A DNA stretch of 64,000 nucleotides from Candidatus Bathyarchaeota archaeon (GCA_963833125.1 CAWHWX010000018.1:96001-160000); one strand, 5' to 3'; shown: positions 30,925 to 40,527, numbered from the stretch's first letter. The notes: generated by a model not told the origin, from the sequence alone. Program-made: numbers and translations.

Positions 30925-32480
30925 TCAGGTGAGCTTCTTTATTCTCCGTTTCTTCTTGCGGGCGAAGTAAATCGCTGGGGCTACTTCGTCAGCAAATTCC
31001 TGTAACATCGATTGATCTTCGTTAGAATAGCCCATGCCTGATTCTCTGGGATCAAGCGCTAAGAGGCGAACCAACCGAGAACTCTTCGATTCCCCACTGA
31101 CTGACGAAGGCAAAGTCAATGGTAGAATCAGAGGAAGAACTTTATCGTCTGACCTGAAGATTGGGGTTCCATCCATCAGACGGCCTAAGCTGGTTTTGTC
31201 CTTTGGAAGATGGGTTGGTTTCGATGGTAGGTTCATCATCTTGGCCAGTTTTAGTTGTCCCCTCGAGTCACCAAGATATACTGCGCCACATCGGATCTTC
31301 AGGAGTTCACAGGTTCTTTCAACTACTTCATTTAATATTTGAGGGAGGTTCTTCAGGTTGCGAATTCGTGAGCGAATTCCGAAAGTTGGCGGCGAAGATG
31401 TACTTGTCTTTGTAGAACATTCGGTTTATGAATTCCTCGCTTCGTTTGTGTATCGGAGAAACAGACTTGCCGACGATCAACGTGGAGCCAACGCCTGAAA
31501 ACTGTGAAGCGTAACGTGAGAGGCTCGAGAACGAGTAAGCGGCGAATAGAACGGATCCGACGAGTCCCTCAAGCACCTTGTCGCTGACCCAAAATAGCAG
31601 AAACAAGCAACCGCTTAACAGTGTGTAAATCAGCGTGCGGTTGATAACCACATAATGTCCCACAAACGACGTCGAAGAATTGAGAGACCTATGCATATTG
31701 GGACTATTGATTGGGAGACTAGGAACGCTGCGAGAAAATTTCGGTAAACGAATAGGTAATCAGAGACGGAAAGAAAGATACTATCGAGATAACTAAGGCA
31801 ACGAGTAGACTGAACAAGATACCTGCTGCCCGCGAATCCGAATGCTACCCATTTAGTCTGTTGCCGCTGTTCCTGCGTCGAACGGCACGGTACCGTACGA
31901 CCTGGGCGTAGATCCCGGGAGAAAGCCCGAAGACATAGAGCAACGCCAGGTATTGGAACGGCCAATTGTAAGGGTTGAAGATGCGGAAAAATAATGATAG
32001 AAACCCCCATGTGACCCAAAGCCCAGCAACCCAGCGTGTCCAATGGGAATGAAATGTCCGTCCGGGAATAGGTAAGCGAGAATTGGGACAGAAACGGTAC
32101 TTGCGGAGAGTAGAAAGTTGATAGCCAAGTTCAGTAGTCTAGTGGCCGATACAGAGAAACCCCGGGCCTGAGCATGCCGTTGGGAGTGCGTAGGAGAGAA
32201 CCTGCACCCTGTGGTAGCGGTTGTCCCATACAAAACCAGAGCTGCAGACACCGCAAGAACCATGTAATTGTCAGACTTACGCGGTGATGATGATCAAGGC
32301 TACCGTTGAAAACACGATAAAATAGATCAGATCGATGGCGACGTAGAAAATTTGCCCGAATTCCATTATGACGCCATCCGCGAAGACAACGGTCGATAAA
32401 AGTATTAGAACTGCAGCTGCAATTCTAGCAGCAATGAGCTGCAGGTATGGCGTTCGAAGTCCGTGTTTTAAGGCAGGCAT
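30925..32480 (-). pseudogene. Multi-TM sensor-like protein with GAF-like tail, split by four or more frameshifts (decay or assembly error)
   Basis: Fragments YLFPDGHF, QRQQTKWVAFG, IGLSILRRRLWDI, VVINRTLIYTLLS, GYSNEDQSMLQEFA resemble membrane domains of bacterial sensor kinases. Confidence 0.6.
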
Positions 32481-32635
32481 GGGAGCGTAATATAAAACCC
32501 GAGAAGAAAAGCTCTTGCAACGTAACTTTTGCCTACCCCCCTCGGATTCGCTGAGCTTACAAGAATGAGGCGAGAGCGAAAGACTGAATCCTTTGTCTAC
32601 GTAGACAATTGACGGTGTTTCCCAAGCGGAATAGC

Positions 32636-32688
32636 GGTGGAATTTGAAAGTTCACTTTAGTCGTCAGAAGTGTGGGTGTGCGCACCAC
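32636..32688 (-). repeat. More degenerate repeat copy (TGGTGCGCACACCCACACTTCTGACGA...TTCAAATTC)
   Basis: Reverse complement resembles the minus-strand copy at 33210-33278. Confidence 0.5.
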
Positions 32689-32766
32689 ATTTTAAGTACA
32701 GATCTCACTATCTGTTCTTAAAATCTTCTAACATTTGCTGGATAAGAGTAGGAATGGAAGCTAGTT

Positions 32767-33186
32767 TTGCCGAATAAAATAATGATTGTTGACGATAAAA
32801 GGGACATGGCTGAGGCAGCTAGGATGGTTCTGGATATGGAGGGATACGAGGTCCTTGTCGCCTACGACGGAGAAGAAACCATCCGGAGGGCAGAGGCAGA
32901 GCTACCTGACCTGATATTCTTAGATATGCACATGCCGGGCAAGAGCGGGGTGGAGGTCTGCAGGATTCTGAAAAGCAACACGAAGACAGGGCTTATTCCT
33001 GTACTCCTCTTCACCGCTTCAGGTGTAAACATTGATGATCTTGTAGTTCAGGCTGGAGCTGACGGATTCTTCCGCAAACCGTTTGCTCCTGAAGACTTAG
33101 TAGCAGAAGTCAAGAAACGTCTTGAACAGTCAAGAGCGAAGAAGCCTCTAATCAGTAAGGGGGCCACGCATAACAACCTATCATAA
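32767..33186 (+). CDS. Stand-alone response regulator receiver (CheY-like)
   Basis: IMIVDD, DLIFLDMHMPGKSG, FTA, KPF. Confidence 0.93.
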   Translation: MPNKIMIVDDKRDMAEAARMVLDMEGYEVLVAYDGEETIRRAEAELPDLIFLDMHMPGKSGVEVCRILKSNTKTGLIPVLLFTASGVNIDDLVVQAGADGFFRKPFAPEDLVAEVKKRLEQSRAKKPLISKGATHNNLS

Positions 33187-33209
33187 GATTCTGGGTGACG
33201 CTCTCGGCT

Positions 33210-33292
33210 GTGTGTTATCACCGGTGCGATCGGTCGAATTTGAACCGTGGCCGTTCGTAAAAGTGTGTCTGCGCACCATCAGACCCATACAC
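33210..33292. repeat. Back-to-back repeat pair: minus-strand full core (33224-33246) and plus-strand half-site CGCACCATCAGACCCATACAC (33272-33292)
   Basis: Minus strand GGTTCAAAT-TCGACCGAT-CGCACC; plus half-site matches 29990-30010 at 19 of 21 nt. Confidence 0.75.
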
Positions 33293-33344
33293 GAGAGAGA
33301 CGATCGGCCACGAAACCCACAACTACGGGTTTCTGGGATGATAA

Positions 33345-34060
33345 TTGAGTGTGCGATCCATGCCACGGATTTCATTGATCGAGGATTTAGCTGCTCAACC
33401 GATACCCGCAGGTACAGTGCTACTAGTGGTCTTTGATCCATCTTCGCAATGGTATAACGCGATCATCACGATTACTGCGGGCTGGCTGAAACAGGGAGGA
33501 AAAGTTGACTATAGCGCCTACACCGAGCCGCCCGAAGCTGTCCGCCTCAAACTAAGTCGACTGGGAGTTAACGCTAGGCAGCTAGAGATGGAGGAGAGAC
33601 TCCAGATCAACGACTGGTACACCGCAACACTCGGGGAGAAATCCAAAGAGAAGCACTCCTTCCCATCACTCAAAGTCTCCGAGCTAAGCTCATTCTTCTC
33701 CAAACTAGAAATACCAGCCAGCCCGAACCGGGGTGGCTGAACATCTCGGATAACACTTCCACCGTGGCGAAATTCAACGATGAAAAGAGTTGGGTAGAAT
33801 ATGTGCTAATGTGGCCTCTTCGAATGGGCCGCATTCGTGGACACACTATGGTTCGTGGTCTAATGGACGGCGTTCACAGCGATTGGGCGTACAAGCAACT
33901 GGAGTCTGCTCATGACGGCATCATTGACTTCAAGTTCGACAAAACAAGCGACCCGCCTAGAAATCAAATGAGAATAAGAACGATGCGAAACGTTCCATTT
34001 GATGGAAACTGGCATCAACTCAAGACCAGCGAAAACTTCGAAGTCAAGTTAGAAACGTAG
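33345..34060 (+). CDS. Second KaiC/RAD55-like protein with degenerate Walker A; frameshift ~33735
   Basis: PIPAGTVLLVVFDPSSQWYNA, FNDEKSWVEY, GVHSDWAYKQLESAHDGIIDFK; paralog of 30126-30837. Confidence 0.75.
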
Positions 34061-34590
34061 CTACCCACTGGCCTTGTCGGGTGTGTGAGTCTGGGCCTCG
34101 TACCATTTCTCGTCTGCCAGAACGACGGAGGTCTCGACTTGGCGTTCCGGGTATAGACCAGTATTCTCTCAATAGGCGGTCTTTCGTTTCTTTGTTGACC
34201 TGTCGAAAGCCACGTTTTTCGTAGAATCGAATCGCCCATACAGCGTCTGCCCACGTGCCGACCAGAGAGAGGACGGGCAGTAGTTTGGGAGTGGAGGTGT
34301 GATAGTAATTTTCCACCTATGCCTTGGTTACGGTTCGTTGTGCGAACGTATGCGTGTCTGATCAGACTGACGTCCTTCACATCCTGAATACCCATAACGC
34401 CGATCAACTGGTCGTCTTCCTCGTATCCCCAGAAGACGACACCCTCTTTCATCTCCAGAGACAGCTCCTCTTTGGACATGTAGGGCTCCTTCCAACGATC
34501 AACGGGTATGACGCCCTCGTACGCTCGCGCCGCATCGTTGATGATTACAAAGATTTCGTCAAAATCGCTATCGATACATCTGCGAATCAT
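34057..34590 (-). CDS. GNAT acetyltransferase; frameshifts ~34275 and ~34150
   Basis: IINDAARAYEGVIP.DRWKEPYM, LIRHAYV..RNQGIGG, VGTWADAVWAIRFYEKRGF. Confidence 0.85.
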
Positions 34591-34792
34591 GGATCCTGCT
34601 CCTCGATTGTGTACTTGCTGGATTTAGTAACAACGCCCTCAGCCGCCGTATCAGGAATCATAGAAAGCAAGTACGTGTTTTTCGTTTAAGCATTCACCTC
34701 GCCGCTTCAAGTCACAGCGGTGACTCAAGCGCGGGGCTTGAAGGAAGAGATATTGCTTTTTAGTTTGCTTACCATAAGATTTCTGAAGGCTT

Positions 34793-35881
34793 ATGGCGAA
34801 TACGATCGCGCAAAACATTGTTCATCAGTCGCTACGGATTAAAGAGAATGATGTTGTTCTCGTAACGGCGGCCAAACACATGTTAGGTTTGGCTGATGAG
34901 ATCGTCATGGAGTGTCGCAAAGCTGGGGCTGAAACTACGACGGTATACTGGAGTGAACCCGTTTGGTACTGGTCCCTCCAAGAGCTTCCTCTGGATTGGT
35001 TGCGCGGTGCCTCGAAAATCGATTTGACGCTTCTTGACGTGATAACAGCCACTATTGGCATTGGAGGAGTAGCGGATCCACGACCAATGGGAAAGGTTTC
35101 CTCGGAAAGATGGGAAGCCAACAGTGAGGGTGCTGATCACTGGTATCGAAAGTATGTCGACCGAAAGGTTAGGGGAGTCAATCTCGACCTAACTACTGTG
35201 ACTCCCCAACGGGCGCGAGCCTACGGCTTCCCATTCGCAGGATGGAAGAAAGCAACAGAAGCAGCCCTAAGAGCAGACTATTCGAAAATCGCTTCCACAG
35301 GAAAGCAAGCCCGCGAGCTCCTGGATAATTCCACTTCCGACGTAAGGATCACTGCAAAGAACGGCACGGATCTCACTTTTCGCTTGGCTGGGCGAAAGCC
35401 TTGGGTCGACGACGGCATACTTGACGAAGCAGATCTATCGGCAGGAACTTTCGAAACGAACCTGCCCGCCGGCTACATTGCTATAGCTCCAGACGAGAAC
35501 AGCGCCAACGGCAAAGTAACATTCGATCTCCCAATTCCGCAAAGAGGAAAACTAATCCAAGGCCTCTCATGGTCCTTCGAGAACGGCCAAGTCACCAAAT
35601 TCACTGCAACCAAGAATGGCGATATGACGATCCCCATCTGGGAAAAGGCAACCGGAGACAAGAGTCGATTTGGATGGTTTGCAATAGGCTTCAACGACGC
35701 CGCGAAAACCGGTTTCCTCAACAACACCATCCCACGCGGTGCGGTGACTCTCGGAATAGGAGAAAACAAGTTGATCGGAGGCCAAAACCAAAGCACCTTC
35801 GCTTTCCAAGCCGCACTAAAGAAATCAACGGTCGTCATAGGTGGACAAACGATAGTGGCTGATGGAAAGCTCAGTCTGTAA
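34793..35881 (+). CDS. M29-family (AmpS-like) aminopeptidase-like protein
   Basis: ITAKNGTDLTF, NLPAG, SANGKVTFD, FENGQV, FAIGFN, LGIGEN; several metal ligands look substituted. Confidence 0.78.
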   Translation: MANTIAQNIVHQSLRIKENDVVLVTAAKHMLGLADEIVMECRKAGAETTTVYWSEPVWYWSLQELPLDWLRGASKIDLTLLDVITATIGIGGVADPRPMGKVSSERWEANSEGADHWYRKYVDRKVRGVNLDLTTVTPQRARAYGFPFAGWKKATEAALRADYSKIASTGKQARELLDNSTSDVRITAKNGTDLTFRLAGRKPWVDDGILDEADLSAGTFETNLPAGYIAIAPDENSANGKVTFDLPIPQRGKLIQGLSWSFENGQVTKFTATKNGDMTIPIWEKATGDKSRFGWFAIGFNDAAKTGFLNNTIPRGAVTLGIGENKLIGGQNQSTFAFQAALKKSTVVIGGQTIVADGKLSL

Positions 35882-35999
35882 CCTAGCTACCCCGAAGCCT
35901 GTCTCGCTAAAATCGAGTGCGGGTTCTCTGCAGCCGGAAGCCTCATCCCGCGTCTTAAAGATGTGCCCTTGCCTGTGAGTCCGCTCGGATTCTGATGCT

Positions 36000-36186
36000 T
36001 CATACCGTTGGGAGGTATTGTCGGATTAGCAGGCCGCATCTCTGACATCGGACGAGTCGAAGTAACATCCCATCCTTGTCAAAGTCCTGCCCAATCTCAT
36101 GTATCATACTATGTTGGCAGACCTCAGGCGGTTCGAGTTCAGCAGCGCTGGCTGACGCTTCCTCGTCGAACTACTAGCCTACTCAT
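36000..36186 (-). CDS. Small putative zinc-binding protein missed by the ORF track (one indel near the start)
   Basis: Manual translation MSRLV/FDEEASASAAELEPPEVCQHSMIHEIGQDFDKDGMLLRLVRCQRCGLLIRQYLPTV*. Confidence 0.5.
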
Positions 36187-36547
36187 CACAACCACACCTG
36201 CTAGCCTAATGTGGTCGCTAATTTTCAGCTCTTGTGGCGCTTTCTACTTTCTCGACATGTGCTATTAAGCCAAGAACAGGCTGCGCGGTCGTGGCTTCTA
36301 AATCGAGGGTGTGTTAAACAGGTAACGTCAACTTGTTGGTTGCTGCTGCAAACCGCTTCGTTTGGGGGGATCGGGGCGTAAAATGGGGCGAGGGGTATCT
36401 TCGTTTGGCACCGTTTGGCTCCACCCCTCGAGGGGTGGATCCACCCCACTTAATTCCGCACAGAAAACAGGAGGAATCTCTTAACAACCGTTAACTTGAC
36501 GTTACCGTTAAACAGGTGTTTAGCACCCTGCGCCGTCTGTGGTTGTT

Positions 36548-36913
36548 CTACTTCAATCCCCAGGCCGCCCATGCCGCTGCGAGTGAGAAGATTGTCACGT
36601 TGATCGCGGCTCCAACAAATCCTAGGCCGAAGATGATCACGCTGGGAACCGCGAATGCCAAGCCTACAACTATGCCTGCAAGGATTGCTTCTTGCACAGA
36701 CCCCTTGGCCATTTTTACTCCGAAACCTGCCCAAACAGCGAGCAGTAAGCCAAGAGTAGTAGCGATCGAGTAGATGTTAGCTGAAAGCTCGAGACCTGCA
36801 GCTGGGTCCACGAGCGCGGCCACGCGGAATAGCACGATTGTTATTATCCAGACAACAGCTGGCCAAGTAACCGCCGCCCTAATTTTCTCGGAATTAGATG
36901 ATGATGACGCCAA
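36548..36913 (-). CDS. Small four-TM membrane protein
   Basis: Four hydrophobic helices; TATA-like element ~40 nt upstream. Confidence 0.6.
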   Translation of the reverse strand: MASSSSNSEKIRAAVTWPAVVWIITIVLFRVAALVDPAAGLELSANIYSIATTLGLLLAVWAGFGVKMAKGSVQEAILAGIVVGLAFAVPSVIIFGLGFVGAAINVTIFSLAAAWAAWGLK

Positions 36914-37027
36914 CAGTCAACTCCCGAATTCCTTCGAGGCTTCATGCTCATATTATATATGCAGTTCCGTCCCATGGAAAATGTTTCCATACATCTACCC
37001 CTCCAACCATAGGAATCTGAAGAGATT

Positions 37028-37225
37028 ATGAAATGTCCATACTGCGGTCTGCCAATGGATTTTGTCGCAAGATACCTTATGGATGTACGGTTAGAGAGCG
37101 CTGCTCCGGGACACGTGAAGGATTTTGAGGCTTGGCGCTGCGAGAAATGCGCTAAACTCTTCGTTGACCCTGGGGACGGAAAACCTCACGAAACCGAGAG
37201 ATTGCCCAAAGATACTCTGCCCTAA
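37028..37225 (+). CDS. Small zinc-ribbon protein
   Basis: MKCPYCG...WRCEKCAKLF. Confidence 0.65.
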   Translation: MKCPYCGLPMDFVARYLMDVRLESAAPGHVKDFEAWRCEKCAKLFVDPGDGKPHETERLPKDTLP

Positions 37226-37605
37226 CCGCCTTTGAATTTGTCGGCAATCGATTTCAATTCGCCATGTTCGAGAACCTGAATCTTAGTGTCTAACCGAACA
37301 TCAAGGCCAATTTGGCGAAGCAACCCAAACAACTGTTCTCCAGTTATCTGTCCTCTAACCTGACCATATTGAACGAGTCCAGCGAGTTCTAGGAAAACCT
37401 GATCGGCAATTACCGGATACTGAGCCCTCGCCGCGTTGTAAACCTCCCAGGCGCGTCCGACGAAGACTTTTTCAAAGACCTTGCTCGGCTCGATCCTTCC
37501 AGTTGGGGCGGCGCTACTCTGCTGCTTCGCTGTCACCCGTTTCTGCATTTCTGCTAGCCGTTGCCGCTTCAGCCGTTCGAGTTCCGAGTCGTCGGTCATA
37601 ATCAA
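37222..37605 (-). CDS. PDCD5-like DNA-binding protein, divergent paralog
   Basis: DDSELERLKRQRLAEMQ, ITGEQLFGLLRQIG. Confidence 0.72.
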   Translation of the reverse strand: MIMTDDSELERLKRQRLAEMQKRVTAKQQSSAAPTGRIEPSKVFEKVFVGRAWEVYNAARAQYPVIADQVFLELAGLVQYGQVRGQITGEQLFGLLRQIGLDVRLDTKIQVLEHGELKSIADKFKGG

Positions 37606-38327
37606 TCATTTCTGTTTTTGATTCGGTTCTGGGCGACGCCTATGGACCATTCGAAGTCATAAACAAAACGGCCCGCGACAACCCATGCGTCTAGAGACTC
37701 ACGATCAACCGAGCACATCTCGTTTAGCAGGCTTTGCGTCTCCCTCCCGAAGTGTCCTCGGGGAAAGCCACCGACGAACACTAATGGGTTCTCAAGTTTG
37801 CGCATTCGTTCTGCGACACTACGCATCAGGACCGGGTTCCCAAGGATGCTGAAGCCAAGCACGTTGTTCGCATGGGTAGTTCGCACAAGCTCCTGCAAGC
37901 CGCCTTTTTCGAGTTGCATCAACGGCTCTCCCTCCTCGGGAACTCGTTTCTGAGCGAACAGCTGCTCGATAAGTCCTACAAACCGTACGTAGTTCTTTGG
38001 CAAGCGTATTTTTGGATTTATTGAAATCACATAATCGTCCTGTGTGTGAACGAAAACGCGTAGGCCTCCTTCCCAGTTGAGGGGGGTCTCAATGATCTGA
38101 AGCAGAACGTTGTGAACTATGTCCGGTCTCCCCATCTTCTCCACTGGTACACGATGATCTTTCCGCGCAAGCTGCTGCATTGCCGCATGGTGGAATGCTC
38201 TGTCAAGCAGAACCTCCTCTGGTTTCTTCTCCCGCCGCTCTGCATACCTCTTGATTTGCACATGGGACCGAATCTCCGGTGGGACAATCTGAAGAGCCGA
38301 TTCGACTAGGACCAAGGTCAAGGCCAA
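37602..38327 (-). CDS. nep1: Nep1/Emg1 16S rRNA pseudouridine N1-methyltransferase
   Basis: LLDRAFHHAAM, GRPDIVH, RLPKNYVRFVGLIEQL, VGGFPRGHF. Confidence 0.92.
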   Translation of the reverse strand: MALTLVLVESALQIVPPEIRSHVQIKRYAERREKKPEEVLLDRAFHHAAMQQLARKDHRVPVEKMGRPDIVHNVLLQIIETPLNWEGGLRVFVHTQDDYVISINPKIRLPKNYVRFVGLIEQLFAQKRVPEEGEPLMQLEKGGLQELVRTTHANNVLGFSILGNPVLMRSVAERMRKLENPLVFVGGFPRGHFGRETQSLLNEMCSVDRESLDAWVVAGRFVYDFEWSIGVAQNRIKNRND

Positions 38328-38409
38328 TGATGCATCGAACTAACTCTCTCCATCCAGCCCACAAAAAGGTTACAAGACCATTTCGAGAGAGTGGAATCTG
38401 GTCGGTTCT

Positions 38410-38748
38410 TTGGCTTGGAGAAAGGGTGGAAATACTAGGGAAATCGCTCGAGAGAGGATAGAGATCCTCTTCACTCACGCCCAAAGAATTTTCCCCAAGA
38501 ATCGAACCCTAGCCAATCGTTACATTGAGCTTGCACGAAGAATTGGAATGAAGGCAGGCGTCCGATTAACGAGAGAACAAAAACTCAGGATCTGCAAAGG
38601 GTGCGGGGGTTTTCTGGTTCCGGGTGTAAATTGTAGGGTCAGGACGAGGTCCGAATTTGGGACAACGGTCTTAATTACGTGCCTCGATTGCGGAACAAAG
38701 AAGAGATACCCAACAGTGAGGGAACGACTTTCGAAAAAGACCGGTTGA
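38410..38748 (+). CDS. rnp4: RNase P protein component 4 (Rpp21)
   Basis: IARERIEILF..A, RYIELARRI, CKGC..FLVPG, CLDCG..KRYP. Confidence 0.92.
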   Translation: MAWRKGGNTREIARERIEILFTHAQRIFPKNRTLANRYIELARRIGMKAGVRLTREQKLRICKGCGGFLVPGVNCRVRTRSEFGTTVLITCLDCGTKKRYPTVRERLSKKTG

Positions 38749-39053
38749 GAAGGCTTCAGTCTAGATCGAGAAAAATGGACCCGACGATCTGGATAGGAAA
38801 GGAGGGTGCATCAGAGGCCTTGATGAAGCAAGTACAGAACCAGCTGAAGTCCCGCGAACTAGTCAAATTGAAGATCCAGAAGTCGGCGCTTTCGGAAACC
38901 GGGACGGTTGATATTGCCGAGAAAGTTGTTGCGACCACTGGTTCGACCCTGGTTGAGGTGATGGGACACACCTTTACGGTTTACAAACGAAAGGAAGTTC
39001 AGAAAGTTGTAAAGAGCGATGCGGTTCCGTTCAGAAAGCGGTTCAAGTGGTAA
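38745..39053 (+). CDS. YhbY/CRM domain RNA-binding protein
   Basis: PTIWIGKEG, QLKSRELVKLK, VEVMGHTFTVYK. Confidence 0.9.
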   Translation: MRRLQSRSRKMDPTIWIGKEGASEALMKQVQNQLKSRELVKLKIQKSALSETGTVDIAEKVVATTGSTLVEVMGHTFTVYKRKEVQKVVKSDAVPFRKRFKW

Positions 39054-39112
39054 ACTAGAGTTATATATTGCTCTCCGAATCTAGCCTCTTCGCTATCAGC
39101 CGGAAAAATTCC

Positions 39113-39556
39113 ATGCCAACACCACTAGATGTCCCTTCAGACGCCCTAATCGACCGGCTGTCGAAATTCCTGAAGGAGAATGTAGGTGAAGTTGCCCCGC
39201 CAGTTTGGGCAGCAAACGCGAAGACGGGATCTCACCGGGAACGTCCACCGTCGAGTCCAGATTGGTGGTATACCCGTTGCGCCTCACTCCTACGAAAGTT
39301 ATACATTCACGGCCCGGTCGGAATAGCTCGTTTACGGGTCGAGTATGGGGGACGCCTTCGCCATGGGACTCATATCGAACATTCCCGCGTCGCAGGTGGT
39401 TCCGCCATCCGAGAACCACTACAACAACTCCAGAAAGCTGGTTTCATATCTATAGAGGCGAAGCAGGGCAGAAAGCTGACCGCTGAAGGTATTAGTCTTC
39501 TCAACCGAATGGCCGCCGACATTCTCAAGGGTGCCAGGAAGACGGAAGGCCAGTAA
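39113..39556 (+). CDS. rps19e: 30S ribosomal protein S19e
   Basis: KTGSHRERPP..PDWWYTRCASLLRKLY, LQQLQKAG. Confidence 0.95.
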   Translation: MPTPLDVPSDALIDRLSKFLKENVGEVAPPVWAANAKTGSHRERPPSSPDWWYTRCASLLRKLYIHGPVGIARLRVEYGGRLRHGTHIEHSRVAGGSAIREPLQQLQKAGFISIEAKQGRKLTAEGISLLNRMAADILKGARKTEGQ

Positions 39557-39906
39557 TGATGAGCAATGAGGACGACTACTCCGACGAAGAACTCACAGAA
39601 ATAAGGCGAAGGAGATACTCGGATCTACAGCGTGCTGCAGTAGATGAGCAAAGGCAGTCAGAATCTCGAAGACAATTTGAAGCCCAAAAGCAAGCCGCCC
39701 TGAAACAAATCATGACCCCCGAGGCAAGACAAAGGTTGACAAACATTCGAATGGTAAAACCCGAATTCGCGGAACAGATAGAAATGCAACTCATACAACT
39801 CGCCCAAGCAGGAAGGATCAAGGTTCCGATTTCAGACGATCAACTTAAGGAAGCATTAGTGCGATTGCAGTCATCGCGAAAGGAAATTAAGATTAGGAGA
39901 GCTTAG
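39556..39906 (+). CDS. PDCD5 family DNA-binding protein
   Basis: MTPEARQRLTNIRMVKPEFAEQIE.QLIQLAQ.G; canonical position after rps19e. Confidence 0.92.
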   Translation: MMSNEDDYSDEELTEIRRRRYSDLQRAAVDEQRQSESRRQFEAQKQAALKQIMTPEARQRLTNIRMVKPEFAEQIEMQLIQLAQAGRIKVPISDDQLKEALVRLQSSRKEIKIRRA

Positions 39907-39909
39907 GTT

Positions 39910-40065
39910 ACGGCGAGAAACAAACCAACCGCGAGAAAACGGCGACTCGCCGCAGCCCTCAAGACTCGTAAACCCGTTCCAACCTGGGTCATGGCGAAAA
40001 CTGACGGTCACACCAGAACACATCCAAAGAAAAGACATTGGCGCCGAACGAAACTGAAAGCTTAG
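39910..40065 (+). CDS. rpl39e: 50S ribosomal protein L39e (first codon reads ACG)
   Basis: Manual translation (M)[50 protein letters not shown]. Confidence 0.93.
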   Translation, partial: TARNKPTARKRRLAAALKTRKPVPTWVMAKTDGHTRTHPKKRHWRRTKLKA

Positions 40066-40078
40066 GAGAAAAAACTGA

Positions 40079-40527
40079 ATGAGCGAGACAGAGTCCAAAG
40101 AAGAGAACGCCGTCGAGGCTGAGGAAGAGGAAATCGAAGAAGCACCGACCGAGGAAGTCTCAACAGAGGAAACGGCCTCTCCCGAAGAGGAAGAAGCATC
40201 GCCTGCAGAAACGGTTCCCGCTGCAGCTGAGGCCGAACCCACCCCCGAGGAGGGTGAAGAAGAAATTGAGGTCGTAGAGGAGAAGATCTACACAATCCCT
40301 CTACGCCACGTCCATGTCGTGACGCCGCGCGGAAAACGCGCCCCCGATCAGTGAGGGATGTGAGAGATTACGTCGCACGACATATGAAGTCGGATGAGGT
40401 TGTAATCAGCAACGAAATTAATTCAGAGCTGTGGGCGCGAGGCATCAACAAACCCCCGAGGAAGATCACGGTTCGCGCCGTCAAAGACAAGGAAGGCAAA
40501 GTCATAGTTTACCCGTCGAAAACCTAA
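40079..40527 (+). CDS. rpl31e: 50S ribosomal protein L31e with acidic N-terminal extension; frameshift ~40350
   Basis: EEKIYTIPLR..PRGKRAP, then YVARHMK..ISNEINSELWARGINKPPRKITVR. Confidence 0.92.

Noticed and set aside
34078-34130. CAGACTCACACAC and CCAGAACGACGG matches to the repeat family
   Set aside because: Both lie in the GNAT C-terminal coding region and the core motif is absent; suggestive at most
35885-36300. RNase P or SRP RNA
   Set aside because: Conserved P4 or SRP helix-8 motifs were not found on either strand; part of the region encodes a small Cys-rich ORF
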